The position numbers and the translations under genes were made by a program. This document shows positions 31,658 through 42,306 of a stretch of 64,000 nucleotides of DNA, piece after piece (position 1 is the first letter of the stretch; every line of letters begins with the position of its first letter). This DNA is from Candidatus Cloacimonadales bacterium (lineage in GTDB: Bacteria > Cloacimonadota > Cloacimonadia > Cloacimonadales > JAIOQZ01): positions 3,648,001 through 3,712,000 of the forward strand of contig OY762463.1 of the NCBI GenBank assembly GCA_963665815.1. The letters run 5' to 3'. Below the pieces are notes generated by a model. The model was given only the letters and a program-made list of their open reading frames with translations. It did no database searches and had not been told where the DNA came from.

Positions 31658-33523
31658 TTAGCTGTATTTCTTTTCTATTTCTTCCCAGCGTTCAAGCAAT
31701 TCAAGAAGTTTTTCTTCTACTTCATTCTGTTCATTCGTAATATCTTCAAAATCTTTTGCAGATAATGAGGCAGCCTGATTTTCTATTTTATCCGTCAGTT
31801 CCTGCTGGCGAGTTTCCAGTTGTTCAATCTCTTTTTGAATAGACTCAAGCTCAAGTTTTTCCTTATATGATATCTTAGTACTTTTCTTCTTTTCTCTTTT
31901 TACCGCAGGTTCTTTGATTTCCGATTCTTTATAACGCTTTACAAGAAGGTAATCTGAATAATTTCCGGGAAATTTGATGATTCTGTCTTCTTCAAATATA
32001 AACAGGTAATCTGCGATTCTATCAAGAAAATATCTGTCATGAGAAACAATAAGAACACATCCTTTATAGGCATCAAGATAGTCTTCAAGGATTGCCAGAG
32101 TCTGGATGTCCAGATCATTTGTAGGCTCATCAAGGATTAGAAAGTTAGAACCGAACATTAATGATTTAAGCAGGTATAGCCTTTTCTTTTCACCACCGGA
32201 TAATGATCCGAGTTTATTCTGCTGCTTCGACAGATCGAACATGAATTTCTGTAGTACATCTCTGGCTGAATGCAATACTCCGTCTTTTGTTCTGATGTGA
32301 TGAGCATCCTGCTCAATGTAGTCTATTACTTTCATGTTCTGATCGAAATCATCTACATTCTGCTTGAAATATGCAAAATGAGTGTTCAGCCCTTTTTTTA
32401 TACTGCCTGTATCCGGCTTCTCATCACCGGTAAGCATTCTGAGCAGTGTTGTTTTCCCACAACCGTTTGCACCTATAATTCCTATTCTGTCATGCTTCTG
32501 AAACAGGTATGAGAATTTGGAAACTAGTACTTTGTCATAGGATTTCGAAATATTATTGATCTCCAGAATTGTCTTCCCAAGTCTTTTGGTCTGAAAGGAG
32601 ATTTCCAGCTCTTTGTCCTCGGTAAGATATGATTTATCAAGAAGTTCCTTGACTCTGTCAATATGGTTCTTGGGCTTGGATGTTCTTGCTCTGGCTCCTC
32701 TCTGAAGCCATTTCATTTCTTTTTTCAGTTGTGCCTGTCTTCTTGTTTCCTTGCGTTCCAGATCAATCTGATGAAGTTCTTTTTGTTTGAGAAAGTACGA
32801 GTAGTTGCCATAATAATGAAAAACGTTTCCGTTTTCAATTTCCATTATTCTATTACAGACATCATCAAGAAAATATCTATCATGTGTAACAAATACAAGA
32901 GTACCTTTGTAATTTTTCATGAACTGCTGCAGCCATTCTATTGTATCAATGTCGAGGTGGTTGGTTGGCTCATCCATAATCAGCAGATCAGGATTATTCA
33001 TCAGAACCCTTGCCAGATCGATTCTTCTCTGCTCTCCTCCGGAAAGATTCACAGCTTTTCTCTCCGGATTATTTATCCCCAGTTTAGATAAGTATTGAAC
33101 TGCAAGCTGCTCAAAACTCCATGCATCAGCCGCTTCTATTTCTTCAACCATATCCTGCTGTTTGATGTAATATTCTTCTTCTCCGGTTTCCGCATAAAGG
33201 TTTGTCAAACGGTGATATTCTCTGAGAAGATTGAATTCTTTTGTGTCTGAATGATAAATCTGTTCAAAAATCGTTTTCTTTCGATCAATGATTGGAATCT
33301 GAGGTAAGTAGCCGATTTTTACATCATTTCTCAAAATGATTCTTCCATTGTTTACATGTTCTTCCCCAACAAGACATTTGATGAATGTCGATTTACCGCA
33401 TCCATTTGTTCCAATCAAACCTATTTTATCTCCTTCGTGTATTCCGAAAGAAACTTCGCTGAACAGGGGGGTATCTGTAAAAGCTTTAGAGAGTAAATCT
33501 ATTGATACAATTACGTTTTTCAT
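31658..33523 (-). CDS. ABC-F ATPase, Uup-like
   Basis: Two NBDs (GTNGCGKS/DEPTNHLD and GANGCGKT/DEPTNDLD), no TM segments, C-terminal coiled coil KISYKEKLE. Confidence 0.92.
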   Translation of the reverse strand: MKNVIVSIDLLSKAFTDTPLFSEVSFGIHEGDKIGLIGTNGCGKSTFIKCLVGEEHVNNGRIILRNDVKIGYLPQIPIIDRKKTIFEQIYHSDTKEFNLLREYHRLTNLYAETGEEEYYIKQQDMVEEIEAADAWSFEQLAVQYLSKLGINNPERKAVNLSGGEQRRIDLARVLMNNPDLLIMDEPTNHLDIDTIEWLQQFMKNYKGTLVFVTHDRYFLDDVCNRIMEIENGNVFHYYGNYSYFLKQKELHQIDLERKETRRQAQLKKEMKWLQRGARARTSKPKNHIDRVKELLDKSYLTEDKELEISFQTKRLGKTILEINNISKSYDKVLVSKFSYLFQKHDRIGIIGANGCGKTTLLRMLTGDEKPDTGSIKKGLNTHFAYFKQNVDDFDQNMKVIDYIEQDAHHIRTKDGVLHSARDVLQKFMFDLSKQQNKLGSLSGGEKKRLYLLKSLMFGSNFLILDEPTNDLDIQTLAILEDYLDAYKGCVLIVSHDRYFLDRIADYLFIFEEDRIIKFPGNYSDYLLVKRYKESEIKEPAVKREKKKSTKISYKEKLELESIQKEIEQLETRQQELTDKIENQAASLSAKDFEDITNEQNEVEEKLLELLERWEEIEKKYS

Positions 33524-33736
33524 AGCATTATTGAGATCCTTACATATCGTAAAATCAACAGACATTGAGATTTCTCATATAACTTTGAATATGCAAAGGT
33601 CTTATTCCTTAATAACAAGATACGAACATTTCTTATGCAGTACTTCATTTTTGCAAGAACTATTTACAAAAACTAAAAAAAAACTTTACTTGAATTGTGG
33701 AATCTGTAGAAAAGCAAAAAAAGATGGGAGAATAAA

Positions 33737-34483
33737 TTGATTTCAGATAAAGCAAATATCGGAAAGGATACAGAACTTGGTTATAACTGTATTATTCTTG
33801 ATGATGTCATTATTGGAGATAACTGTAAAATTGGTCATAATGTAGTTATTCATGAGGGGACTAAAATAGGTGATGGTGTACGAATTGACGATAATACTAT
33901 TATTGGAAAAACACCGATGTTTTCACCGAGAAGCATTTTTAAAACAGAGAAGAAGTTTGAACCTGCAGTGATAGGAGATGATTGTCTTATTGGTGCAAAT
34001 GTTGTTATTTACGTTCAATGTAAAATCGGAATGAAAAATCTGATAGCTGATCTTGCAACAATCAGAGAAAATGTAACTCTCGGAGACTTCAATATTGTTG
34101 GCAGAGGTGCAGCAATAGAAAACTTCTGTACAATCGGAAATAGAAATAAATTTGAAACAAACTCATATATTACTGCGTATTCTACTATAGAAGACTACTG
34201 TTTTGTAGCTCCCGGAACATGTACAAGTAACGATAACTACATGGGAAGAGATCCTGAAAGATATAAGCACTTTAAAGGGGTTACAATCAAAACAGGTGGA
34301 AGAATCGGGGTTAACGCAACAATTCTTCCCGGGAAAGTCATTGCAGAAGATACAATGATTGCAGGTGGTTCGGTAGTAACAAGAGATACAGAACCCGGTA
34401 AGATATATGCAGGAACTCCTGCAAGGCATTTTGGTGATGTGCCGGATGCTCAATTACTGAAAAATAACACAGATAAAAAATAA
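33737..34483 (+). CDS. Hexapeptide-repeat sugar N-acetyltransferase (WbpD-like)
   Basis: Left-handed beta-helix repeats, IGVNATILPG, GSVVTRD, GTPAR. Confidence 0.8.
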   Translation: MISDKANIGKDTELGYNCIILDDVIIGDNCKIGHNVVIHEGTKIGDGVRIDDNTIIGKTPMFSPRSIFKTEKKFEPAVIGDDCLIGANVVIYVQCKIGMKNLIADLATIRENVTLGDFNIVGRGAAIENFCTIGNRNKFETNSYITAYSTIEDYCFVAPGTCTSNDNYMGRDPERYKHFKGVTIKTGGRIGVNATILPGKVIAEDTMIAGGSVVTRDTEPGKIYAGTPARHFGDVPDAQLLKNNTDKK

Positions 34484-34495
34484 CAGGAAGTTTTA

Positions 34496-35209
34496 ATGAA
34501 ACAGCTTGTAATAATACCTACTTACGATGAATCTGAAAATATTCGGGACTTGATAACAGTACTGATAAATCTGGATAATACTCTCGAAATACTGATAGTG
34601 GATGATAATTCACCGGATGGAACAGCAGAAATTGTTGAAGAAATGATGAAGGATATACATAGAATTCATATTCTTAAGAGAGCTGGTAAGCTAGGACTTG
34701 GTTCTGCCTATGTAGAAGGTTTCAAGTTTGCTATACAGAATAAATATGACATCATCTATCAGATGGATGCAGATTTTTCTCACGATCCAAAAGTAATTCT
34801 GGAAATGCAGAAAGAAATCAGGAAATATGATGTTGTTATAGGATCTCGCTATGTTTCGGGTATTAATGTTGTAAACTGGCCTATGAGCAGACTTATCCTC
34901 AGTTATGGTGCAGCCCAATATGTAAAGATTATTACCGGCATGTTTATTAACGATCCTACCGGTGGATTCAAATGTTTACGTCGAGAAGTTCTCGAGTCTA
35001 TTGATCTGGATAATATTGTTTCTGATGGATATTCATTCCAGATAGAGATGAACTTTAAAGCGTGGAATAAAGGTTTCAACATTAAAGAAATCCCCATTGT
35101 TTTTACTGACAGACGAAGTGGTGAATCTAAAATGTCCAAACGAATCATACACGAAGCTATTAAAGTTGTCTGGTTGTTAAAGTTCAGGCAGATTACAGGG
35201 CGACTATAG
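34496..35209 (+). CDS. GT2 polyprenol-phosphate glycosyltransferase (DPM1-like)
   Basis: IIPTYDE, VDDNSPDGT, KLGLGSAY, MDADFSHDP, GYSFQIE. Confidence 0.9.
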   Translation: MKQLVIIPTYDESENIRDLITVLINLDNTLEILIVDDNSPDGTAEIVEEMMKDIHRIHILKRAGKLGLGSAYVEGFKFAIQNKYDIIYQMDADFSHDPKVILEMQKEIRKYDVVIGSRYVSGINVVNWPMSRLILSYGAAQYVKIITGMFINDPTGGFKCLRREVLESIDLDNIVSDGYSFQIEMNFKAWNKGFNIKEIPIVFTDRRSGESKMSKRIIHEAIKVVWLLKFRQITGRL

Positions 35210-35214
35210 ATTTC

Positions 35215-36528
35215 ATGCAGAAAATCATAACGGATGTCAAAATTGACAAAGTTGTATTCAAAGGATATGGTTTAGGACACAGCTACGATAAAACTGTCTT
35301 TGTTCATAAAGCTCTGCCCGGCATGACTGTTGATGTGATAGTCCATAAGGAAACACGTTCAATTATTCAGGGCAGTGTGGATAAATATCATGATTCATTT
35401 GATCCTATATGCTCGTCTTATATAACTTGTGGTGGATGCGACTGGCTGCCGGCAGATTATGACAACCAGATTCAATGGAAATCTGGTATTCTCTCCGAAT
35501 TTTACAATGAACTGTTATATATACCTGTTGATGTAAAACAATCAGAGTCAATTTATCATTATAGAAATAAAACAATTTATCCACTGGGTACACAAAACGG
35601 TAAACCTGTTGCCGGAATGTTTGGAAAACGATCACATAAGATTGTAACACATTCTACATGTAAACTTCAGCCTGAGATTTTTGACCGGATAACAGATACT
35701 TTCCTTGAGTATCTCAATGCAACAAAGGGCGAGATTTACAATGAAAAAAATGCAAAAGGTATCTTTCGATTCATAGGTTTCAGATATTCGGAATATGAAA
35801 AGAAGGTTTTGGTTTTTATTGTTGTAAGAAAGAAGAAGATTCCCTTTACAAAGCAGCTTGTCCGTATGCTGACCTCTGAATTCCCTGAGATTAAGGGTAT
35901 TATTCTCAATATTAACAGGAATGACGGTAATACAATTCTTGGAGATGAAGAAAAACTGATTTTTGGATATCCTGATTTTTTTGAAGAGCTTGATAGCTTA
36001 AAGTTTAATGTCAACTATAAAGCTTTTTTCCAGGTGAACAAACAACAAGCTGAGAAGATGATTCAATATGCAAAGTCTTTTTTGAATAAGCAGGATCGTA
36101 TAATTGATGCTTATTGTGGAGCGGGAACATTCGGATTATGTGCTGCAGATTCGGTAGAATATGTACTGGGGCTGGAAGAAAACGAAGATGCTGTCAAAAA
36201 CGCTGTTGAGAATGCAGAATTTAATAATATATGCAATGCTGATTTTATTGCCTGTAAAGTTGAAAATGAAATTGAAAGCAGGATAAGTAAACATAATATT
36301 AATACATTGATTTTTGATCCACCGAGAAAAGGACTGGATACTAATTTTATCAGCGAGTCTATAATGAATAACATAAACAAAATTATATATGTCAGCTGTA
36401 ATCCTTCAACCCAGAAAAGAGATGTAGATTTGCTTACAGGAATTGGATTCAAACTGAAATCTCTTACAGGCTTTGATCTTTTTCCCCATACCTATCACAT
36501 TGAAAGCGTGGCAATCCTTGAAAAATAA
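35215..36528 (+). CDS. rlmD: 23S rRNA m5U methyltransferase (RlmD/TrmA family)
   Basis: TRAM-like N-terminus, CGGC, FFQVN, DAYCGAGT, DPPRKG, YVSCNP, DLFPHTYHIE. Confidence 0.9.
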   Translation: MQKIITDVKIDKVVFKGYGLGHSYDKTVFVHKALPGMTVDVIVHKETRSIIQGSVDKYHDSFDPICSSYITCGGCDWLPADYDNQIQWKSGILSEFYNELLYIPVDVKQSESIYHYRNKTIYPLGTQNGKPVAGMFGKRSHKIVTHSTCKLQPEIFDRITDTFLEYLNATKGEIYNEKNAKGIFRFIGFRYSEYEKKVLVFIVVRKKKIPFTKQLVRMLTSEFPEIKGIILNINRNDGNTILGDEEKLIFGYPDFFEELDSLKFNVNYKAFFQVNKQQAEKMIQYAKSFLNKQDRIIDAYCGAGTFGLCAADSVEYVLGLEENEDAVKNAVENAEFNNICNADFIACKVENEIESRISKHNINTLIFDPPRKGLDTNFISESIMNNINKIIYVSCNPSTQKRDVDLLTGIGFKLKSLTGFDLFPHTYHIESVAILEK

Positions 36529-36961
36529 AATATTACTTATACTATTATCGATTCTGCTGTTAGCCGGTTGTAGAGATTTATCTACAAAATCAGAAGTCGC
36601 AGAATCTGATATTACAGATATTCTTGATAAACTGAAAATTTCTTTCCGGAATGATGAAATAAGTGATTTCATGGATTGTTTTTTTTCAGATTATCTTCAT
36701 AATGGTGATACCACAGAAAATCTTGAAATTGTCTGGTCATCAAGAATGATCAACTACAATGAGCTTGAATTCAATGATGTTGAGGTTGATATTCAGGATG
36801 AATATGCTGTAGCATACTTTACAATGAAACTGACTGCAGAAAACTCCAGTATTACTTTTGATGAACCGTATGATGAAGGATTACTCTCCTTTTTTCACAA
36901 AAGCGGTGGAGTTTGGAAACTGCATGGGAACAGGGAAGACATCGGGAGAAATGATGAATAA
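36518..36961 (+). CDS. Hypothetical lipoprotein, NTF2-like fold suspected
   Basis: TTG start overlapping the rlmD stop; lipobox LLAGC; ends GGVWKL. Confidence 0.7.
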   Translation: MKNKILLILLSILLLAGCRDLSTKSEVAESDITDILDKLKISFRNDEISDFMDCFFSDYLHNGDTTENLEIVWSSRMINYNELEFNDVEVDIQDEYAVAYFTMKLTAENSSITFDEPYDEGLLSFFHKSGGVWKLHGNREDIGRNDE

Positions 36962-37571
36962 TAAATCTGAAATAATATATTGGCTTAACAGGTGTTATAA
37001 CAAAGAATATACAACAATATCCGGAGGAAATCTCAGTTGTTTGAGTGATGACAGAATTTTCTGTACTCCTACCGGAAAGGATAAAGGTAATCTCTCAGAA
37101 AAAGATATTGCTGTAATATCATTCAATGATATGAGACCCGAAAATGAGAATAATCCAACCATGGAAATCAATATGCACAAGGCAATATACACTGTAAGAA
37201 ACGATGTTAAATACATTATGCATATTCACCCGACATATTGTTCCATGTTTAGTGCCTTGAAACGCAGAATCAGAACTGATATCATGTCTGAAAGCTATAT
37301 TGTTCTTCCGGAAGTAGGTTATGTGAATTACAGCATGCCATCGACAAAGAAGCTTGCTGAGGATGCAGCGGAAGCTCTGAAGACGACAGATGCTGTTATT
37401 CTGAGAAACCATGGGATTATCACAGTGGGGAAAAGCTTTCGAGAGTGTTTTACCAAAGCTGAAGTACTCGAACATTCAGCAAAAATCCAGTATCTTCTTC
37501 ATGATAGTAAAGATATTCGATACTTGACCGATAATGAAAAGAAAGAAATAGAATCTAATTTTCATTCATAA
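36951..37571 (+). CDS. Class II aldolase/adducin-family protein
   Basis: SGGNLS, TPTG, E..MH, HIHP, LRNHG. Confidence 0.9.
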   Translation: MMNNKSEIIYWLNRCYNKEYTTISGGNLSCLSDDRIFCTPTGKDKGNLSEKDIAVISFNDMRPENENNPTMEINMHKAIYTVRNDVKYIMHIHPTYCSMFSALKRRIRTDIMSESYIVLPEVGYVNYSMPSTKKLAEDAAEALKTTDAVILRNHGIITVGKSFRECFTKAEVLEHSAKIQYLLHDSKDIRYLTDNEKKEIESNFHS

Positions 37572-37583
37572 TGGAGAGAGTAA

Positions 37584-38129
37584 ATGCCTTTTATATTCAA
37601 TGACCTGGAGATACCTGACGTAAAACTGATTGATGTTAAAGTTTTTGGAGATGACAGAGGTAAGTTCTTTGAATCTTATAAAAAAACAGATTTCCTGAAA
37701 AATAACATTCCTTATGATTTTGTGCAGGACAACATTTCTTATTCTGTTAAGAATGTGCTTCGTGGACTTCATTTTCAGAAACCACCATATGAACAGGGTA
37801 AGCTTATTCATGTGTTAAAAGGTGAAATTTTTGATGTTGCTGTGGATGTAAGGAAATCTTCTCCGACTTTTGGAGAATGGATTTCTGTCAGATTAAGTGA
37901 GGATAAGAAACAGCTTTTATTTATCCCTCCCGGATTTGCACATGGTTTTTGTGTGTTGTCAGAAGAAGTTGTTTTCCAGTATAAAGTTACATCAGAATAT
38001 AATCCTGCGGCTGAATCAGGTATTATCTGGGATGATAAAAAACTGAACGTAAACTGGCCTGTTAAACAGCCATTACTGTCTGATAAGGATAAGATTTTAC
38101 CAACATTTGACATTGTAAACTTTAAGTAA
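37584..38129 (+). CDS. rmlC: dTDP-4-dehydrorhamnose 3,5-epimerase
   Basis: DDRGKFFE, VLRGLHFQ, DVAVDVR, PPGFAHGF. Confidence 0.96.
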   Translation: MPFIFNDLEIPDVKLIDVKVFGDDRGKFFESYKKTDFLKNNIPYDFVQDNISYSVKNVLRGLHFQKPPYEQGKLIHVLKGEIFDVAVDVRKSSPTFGEWISVRLSEDKKQLLFIPPGFAHGFCVLSEEVVFQYKVTSEYNPAAESGIIWDDKKLNVNWPVKQPLLSDKDKILPTFDIVNFK

Positions 38130-38141
38130 TATTAAAAAACT

Positions 38142-38174
38142 TTGACTATTTGATCCTTTGGAACATTTTTTGCA
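38142..38174 (+). promoter_or_regulatory. Promoter candidate for the C25 peptidase (TTGACT overlapping a sigma54-like GG-N10-GC)
   Basis: TTGACT at 38142 and TTGGAACATTTTTTGCA at 38158-38174. Confidence 0.5.
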
Positions 38175-38206
38175 CTTGAGAAATCAATATTCTATCCGGA
38201 GGAAAA

Positions 38207-41200
38207 ATGCCTAAGTACTTAGTTTTAATAATAGTTTTAATACCTCTAATGCTTTCGGCCGATCTTCATATGAGTTATGAAGTACCCAAGGCTGAAATTG
38301 GAACCAACTCAAACGGGAAAATCCAGATAAATGATTTACCAACTCTTTATCGTCCCGGGAATCCACATATAAAGTATTATCCGGTATCCCTTTTGCTGGA
38401 ACCGGGATCAGTTGTAGATGACATTTCAATTGAATTTGACGGAAGAGCAGCTTCAGATATTGAGCTTTCTTATGTATTGAATCACACAGCTCTTTCTGCT
38501 GATCAGATTGTTCCTACAGAAAAGAACATGCAGATATACAGTGAGAATGAAATGTATCCGATACAGGAATTCAAGTCTTTCAATGTTCAACAGAAAAATG
38601 GTATGCGAATTTTGAATATTCATGTATACCCTTACCACTACAATCCTGTACAAAAAGAATTAACATCGTTCAGCAAGTTTACAGTAAATGTCAAAACAAG
38701 TTACAATTCAAATGTTTATAGTAATCAGATGCGATTACTGTTTATGGATGATAAAACAAAATCAGTTGTAAGAGAAATTATTGATAATGATTCGGCAATA
38801 TCAAAGTATGAATCAGTTTACAATAATCCTCCTTCCAGATCAGAAAAGATCCTGTTTGTATCAGGTCAAAGCCTCCAGCCTGCATTTACTTCCTACATGC
38901 AGTGGAAACAGGAGAATGGATTCGATACGGATTTCATCTCTGTTGAAGATATATATGCAACTACTGCCGGTTCAACAAATCAGCAGAAGATACGTAATTA
39001 TCTTTCAAATTACTATCAGCAGTCAATTCAATCTGCTTCTCCACTGAGATACGTAATTCTTGGAGGAGATATTCATATTGTACCTGTTCAGGGAACATAC
39101 GGCAGAGTTGGAGACACAAGAGATAACGGCATTCCTAATGACTCTTATTACACCAATATTGATGGTGACTGGAATGCTGATGGCGATAATGTAATTGGGC
39201 ATCCTAACGATCAGCCTGATTTATATTCAGAATTTTACATTGGAAGATTACCGGGAGATAATGCTCAACACTTCCAGAATTCTTTCAGCAAAATCATGTA
39301 TTATGATGAATCAATTATTTACACAGACGATGTAGTTTATCTTGTGGGTGAATTATTGAACCCTAATCCACTTACTTACGGCGGATCATACTGCGATGAT
39401 GTACAGACTCACATGCCTCAGAATTTCCAGTACTGGACTCTTTATGATAGAGAAAATACATTCAGTTCAGGAGCTGTTCATGAAGCCATCAACGGCGGAC
39501 TCGGAATAGTAAATCATATGGGACACTCCAATGAAACAATGGTCTGTGGTTTGAATACTGGCAATTACATGAATCTTGAAAATGATAAGTATGGTGTATT
39601 GTATTCACAGGGGTGTTACCCAATGGCACTTGATTATGCGCTCGGTGAATGTATTGGAGAGCAGATGATAAACTCATCAGTGAGTTTCTTTTCATTTGTT
39701 GGCAATACAAGATATGGATGGTACATGCCTGGGAGCGTTGAAGGTGCATCTCAACAGTTTAACAGAACGTTCTATCAGGCTGCATATAACACAGCAACAA
39801 GAACTCTTGGGGCAGCAAATGCAACCTCTAAGGAAATGCTTGTTAATGAGGTAATGAATAATTCCGTTCTCAGATGGTGTTATTATGAACTTACATTGTT
39901 TGGAGATCCTTCTATAACTTTAAAAGCTCCATACAATATGTTCCCTTATATAAATCTTGAAGATTATACAGTTTCTGATGAAAACATGGGTGATAACGAT
40001 TCCATAGTAAATCCGGGAGAATCGGTTGAACTTACAATGGAAATTGTGAATCTGCCTGGCTGGAATGATGCAGAGGATATATCAGTTGTTTTGAGACCTG
40101 AAGGAACAGGATTATCTTTCAGTGTAGATTCTCTTTACTGGGCAAATCTTTCAGTCGGACAAACTGTTTCTAACACTAATCCTATCGTACTGACTGTTGC
40201 AGATTCAGTTAAATCAGGAAAAGTTCTGATACCTGTTACAATATCTGCACGTTCAAGCAATGGACTGTTTGAAAAAGATTATGAAATGGAAATGCAGGTT
40301 TCAATGGCTCAGGCTGACTGGCCTTATGTTAACAGCACTTTGCATACAAATGTTGCAGGTACTGCCAACTATAATGGAGAGGAAAATCTTATTCTCTTTG
40401 GAAGATCAGGTAAATTGACAGTTCTCAATCAGGGAGACAGTTTCCTGAATCAGGCAGTATCTCATGAAGCTATTATAAATAATGAATTATATTCTAATCC
40501 GGCAATTGCAGATTTCGATAATGATGGTACAGACGAAATTGTAACTGTGTCATTAAACGGAGAAGTAAATATTATTAACAGTAATGGAGATTCCCTTTAT
40601 TACAGAGAAATTAACGAATATGTAACAAGTAATCCTGTAATCTACGATTTTGATAATGATGGGGATCTTGACATACTTGTAATAGATATATACTCAAATG
40701 CTGTGATATTTGATTATCAGGGCAATGTTGTTTCTAATCAGATTAATGTTGGAGTTCCATGTTACCCTAATCCATCTGTGGCGGATCTTGATGATGATAA
40801 TATACCAGAAATAGTATTCTGTACTATAGATTCTACATTGCATGCTCTGAATTATCAGGGAGTATACGCCGCAGGATTCCCGGTTAAAATGACAAATAGA
40901 CCGATGAAAGAAACACTGATTACACCTTATAAGGAAATCATTACAGTTGATGCTGCCGGAAACATTAACTATTATGATAATATGGGAAATGTTCTGAGAA
41001 CAGCATCACCTGGTGAAGCTCTTGAGTCAAACGTTATTCTTACAGATTTCAATGGTGATAATTATTATGAAACCTGTTTTGTGAGTGAAAGCAATGTGAT
41101 GTATGTTTTGAATTCTGATGGTTCCAATTTCATGAACTGGCCTGTACAGCTTCCTGATAGACCTGTATTCGATCCTGTAACGGCAGATATTAATGATGAT

Positions 41201-41788
41201 GGCTTACCTGAAGTAATAGTTTCCCTTGATAATAAGGAAATCAGAATTTTCAGTCAGGATAGTTCCGAACTTAATGTATCTCCAATACTCACCGGAGAAG
41301 ATGCGAAATCACCTGTATTCATGCATGATGTTGACGAGGATGATGATCTGGAATTCTTTATTGGATTTGATGCCGGTATTATGGCAATAGATTATAAAGA
41401 ACAGAGCGGCAGTCTTAACTACTGGATGCACCCGAGATGCAATCAACAGAGAACCGGATCACTTTACGGTGTAATGCCGGTAGGCAATGAACCAAATAAT
41501 GTTAACAAATTTACCAATACTGTGAACTTACCTTATCCTAATCCGTTTAATCCTGAAACTGAAATATCTTACAGTCTTAGTGAAGAACAGAAAGTGAATA
41601 TCAGTGTATACAATATTAAGGGACAGAAAGTAAAAACTCTGACAGAAAAAGTTCAGGATCAGGGAGAACACTCAATTACATGGCATGGAAAAGATGATCA
41701 TGGGAAAGATGTATCATCCGGAGTTTATTTCTTCAAACTTAATATTGGTAAAGAAAAGTTCTATCGAAAAGCAGTTCTCTTAAAGTAA
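38207..41788 (+). CDS. Gingipain-like C25 cysteine peptidase with propeptide, FG-GAP/VCBS repeats and C-terminal sorting domain
   Basis: YVILGGD, IGRLP, catalytic NHMGHS and YSQGC, LFGDP; DFDNDG repeats; YPNPFNP...SGVYF. Confidence 0.9.
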   Translation: MPKYLVLIIVLIPLMLSADLHMSYEVPKAEIGTNSNGKIQINDLPTLYRPGNPHIKYYPVSLLLEPGSVVDDISIEFDGRAASDIELSYVLNHTALSADQIVPTEKNMQIYSENEMYPIQEFKSFNVQQKNGMRILNIHVYPYHYNPVQKELTSFSKFTVNVKTSYNSNVYSNQMRLLFMDDKTKSVVREIIDNDSAISKYESVYNNPPSRSEKILFVSGQSLQPAFTSYMQWKQENGFDTDFISVEDIYATTAGSTNQQKIRNYLSNYYQQSIQSASPLRYVILGGDIHIVPVQGTYGRVGDTRDNGIPNDSYYTNIDGDWNADGDNVIGHPNDQPDLYSEFYIGRLPGDNAQHFQNSFSKIMYYDESIIYTDDVVYLVGELLNPNPLTYGGSYCDDVQTHMPQNFQYWTLYDRENTFSSGAVHEAINGGLGIVNHMGHSNETMVCGLNTGNYMNLENDKYGVLYSQGCYPMALDYALGECIGEQMINSSVSFFSFVGNTRYGWYMPGSVEGASQQFNRTFYQAAYNTATRTLGAANATSKEMLVNEVMNNSVLRWCYYELTLFGDPSITLKAPYNMFPYINLEDYTVSDENMGDNDSIVNPGESVELTMEIVNLPGWNDAEDISVVLRPEGTGLSFSVDSLYWANLSVGQTVSNTNPIVLTVADSVKSGKVLIPVTISARSSNGLFEKDYEMEMQVSMAQADWPYVNSTLHTNVAGTANYNGEENLILFGRSGKLTVLNQGDSFLNQAVSHEAIINNELYSNPAIADFDNDGTDEIVTVSLNGEVNIINSNGDSLYYREINEYVTSNPVIYDFDNDGDLDILVIDIYSNAVIFDYQGNVVSNQINVGVPCYPNPSVADLDDDNIPEIVFCTIDSTLHALNYQGVYAAGFPVKMTNRPMKETLITPYKEIITVDAAGNINYYDNMGNVLRTASPGEALESNVILTDFNGDNYYETCFVSESNVMYVLNSDGSNFMNWPVQLPDRPVFDPVTADINDDGLPEVIVSLDNKEIRIFSQDSSELNVSPILTGEDAKSPVFMHDVDEDDDLEFFIGFDAGIMAIDYKEQSGSLNYWMHPRCNQQRTGSLYGVMPVGNEPNNVNKFTNTVNLPYPNPFNPETEISYSLSEEQKVNISVYNIKGQKVKTLTEKVQDQGEHSITWHGKDDHGKDVSSGVYFFKLNIGKEKFYRKAVLLK

Positions 41789-41814
41789 TATTTGCAAGCT
41801 AACATCATATAAAC

Positions 41815-41845
41815 AAGACTGTTGATGATTTCAGCAGTCTTTTTC
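41815..41845 (+). terminator. Intrinsic terminator
   Basis: AAGACTGTTGA-TGATT-TCAGCAGTCTT followed by a T tract. Confidence 0.8.
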
Positions 41846-41930
41846 TTTTATACAACTATTAAAACTCTCATTTCAACGATACTCAAGTCTTGTGAAATTT
41901 TGATTCAGAAAATATTCTTCTTTAAAGATT

Positions 41931-41947
41931 TTGGAACAATTAATGCT
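41931..41947 (+). promoter_or_regulatory. Sigma54-like -24/-12 site
   Basis: TTGGAACAATTAATGCT has exact GG-N10-GC spacing. Confidence 0.4.
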
Positions 41948-42306
41948 ATTTTAACGGTGTTGGGAAATTTAAATTAAAAAAGTGTATTTAAGAGATTTTA
42001 ATTACAGCATTGAGTAGTTGGAGCGAAAAGTATGGATTCAAGCTTTCAGATTTTGATGTTTTATGTATTCACCACTTTTGCACCTCCGTTGTGTGTTCAA
42101 TCTAAACAGTATATTTGTGAGACAGGTTTACAAAAAAAAATGCGATTACAATAAAAAAATAGTTACTTCTCGTAAACTAATCACAAATTACATATACTGT
42201 TGTGCTTGAAAAGCACATCTCTGCTCGTGTATTGTTTGCAGTACATTGGCTACTGTAGGCAATTCTGCAATCGGTACAGCATGCTGACTACTTAAGGAGG
42301 ATAAGA

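Noticed and set aside
31658..33523. ABC-F protein as an antibiotic-resistance factor
   Set aside because: The Uup-like linker and C-terminal coiled coil point to a housekeeping subfamily, and I saw no leader attenuator.
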